Below, in pieces: positions 54,810 to 64,000 of a stretch of 64,000 nt of DNA. The notes under the pieces were generated by a model. The model saw only the letters and a list, made by a program, of their open reading frames with translations, did no database searches and was not told the DNA's origin. The position numbers were made by a program, and so were the translations under genes. The stretch comes from the human T2T-CHM13v2.0 reference genome, Homo sapiens: assembly GCF_009914755.1 (NCBI RefSeq), contig NC_060943.1; one strand, given 5' to 3'. Position 1 is the stretch's first letter; each line of letters opens with the position of its first letter.

Positions 54810-55757
54810 GAGTCCTGGGGGAGGTGAGGACACAGACTCAGGGGAGAGACCTGAACTATCTTAAGATGGTCCTAGGCTGAGGGTAGGATTACCTTAGGGA
54901 AAGGACCAGAGCCCATAGTAGGAATCGGAGAATATGGATTGGGGAGGACTCTAGACCCCATGGGAGTGAGTTTGACGGGGCAGAGGAGTGGCTAATGGGC
55001 ATGGGAGGGCCTGGCTAGAGCTCAGGGATGAATTCTGGGAGAGAAGGGATAGAGGCCTGGAGAGAGGCCTTGGGGCTGGGAGAGGACTGGAGTGCTCCTG
55101 AGAGCAGCTGCGGAGATGGAGGGCGGACGCTACATCCTGCAGGAGAGCCTTAGGCACGGGGGATGGTGGTGTGGTTAGAGCTCAGGGGTGTCCTATAAAG
55201 GTTGGCAAAGGATCCAGAATATAGGGTTGAAGTCCTGCTTGTTTGATTTACCTCAAGGGTAGGGTTACGTTTCAATCAAAGCTGCTTAGTTCTCGGTTTA
55301 CAAATACCTCAGCATTAGGTTAAGGATTCAGATTCTCCAGGGGTGGTGGGGAAGTGAGGGAGCATGTTTGGGGAAGGGGTTCCAGACCCAGGTTTCAGAG
55401 CTGGGTATCTTTCTGGTCTAGGCTTCAGTACCCTTAGGAATCAACCTCATAGGCGGCACCGTCCTGCTTAGTGCCCCTTTCCCCTGTGGACCCTACGCCA
55501 GCCTCAGCAGAAGGGGCCCAGGGTCCCTTCCTTGCCACCAAGAGCAACACGCATGGTGGGGCCACTGCTCTTCCCAGCATTCCCGCATAAACAGAGGAGG
55601 AGCTGGGTGGGGTAAGGAGAAGGGCAGGGGAAGGAGTGTGAAGAGGAGAAGCAGGTGGAAGACAGTGAGAGGAGGCTGGAGGAATGTGGGAGTAGGGGTA
55701 GGGAGAATACTGAGAAACGAGGAGGCTGTGCAGAAAGGCAGCACTGGCCTGGCCTTA

Positions 55758-64000
<8,243 letters not shown>

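Overview
Human (primate) genomic DNA, Alu-dense. It contains most of the KRAB zinc-finger gene ZNF331 (19q13.4) on the + strand. Three coding exons (42954-42962, 45178-45304, 50271-51526) give 463 aa: a KRAB-A box and 12 C2H2 fingers. The most unusual structure is upstream. About 0.4-38.9 kb is an old tandem array of five paralogous promoter cassettes (U1-U5), hidden by later copy-specific Alu, LTR and DNA-transposon insertions. U2 (~10.8-12.9 kb) and U4 (~27.2-29.5 kb) are intact CpG-island promoters. Each has ZNF143 and NRF1 motifs, tandem repeats and a near-identical 5'UTR exon. Their positions fit the two known maternally methylated ZNF331 alt-TSS DMRs. U1, U3 and U5 each appear inactivated differently: CpG decay plus an LTR insertion, island deletion plus a MADE1 insertion, and truncation. 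Promoter cores are far more alike than their flanks, suggesting gene conversion or strong selection. Other observations: a dead KRAB-B pseudoexon, fossil zinc fingers in the 3'UTR split by a MER44 transposon, three apparently independent Alu insertions at one paralogous site, a local inversion, a MER41 LTR with a GAS motif, and a truncated SVA. All alignments, counts and repeat-family calls were made by eye; repeat boundaries are approximate.
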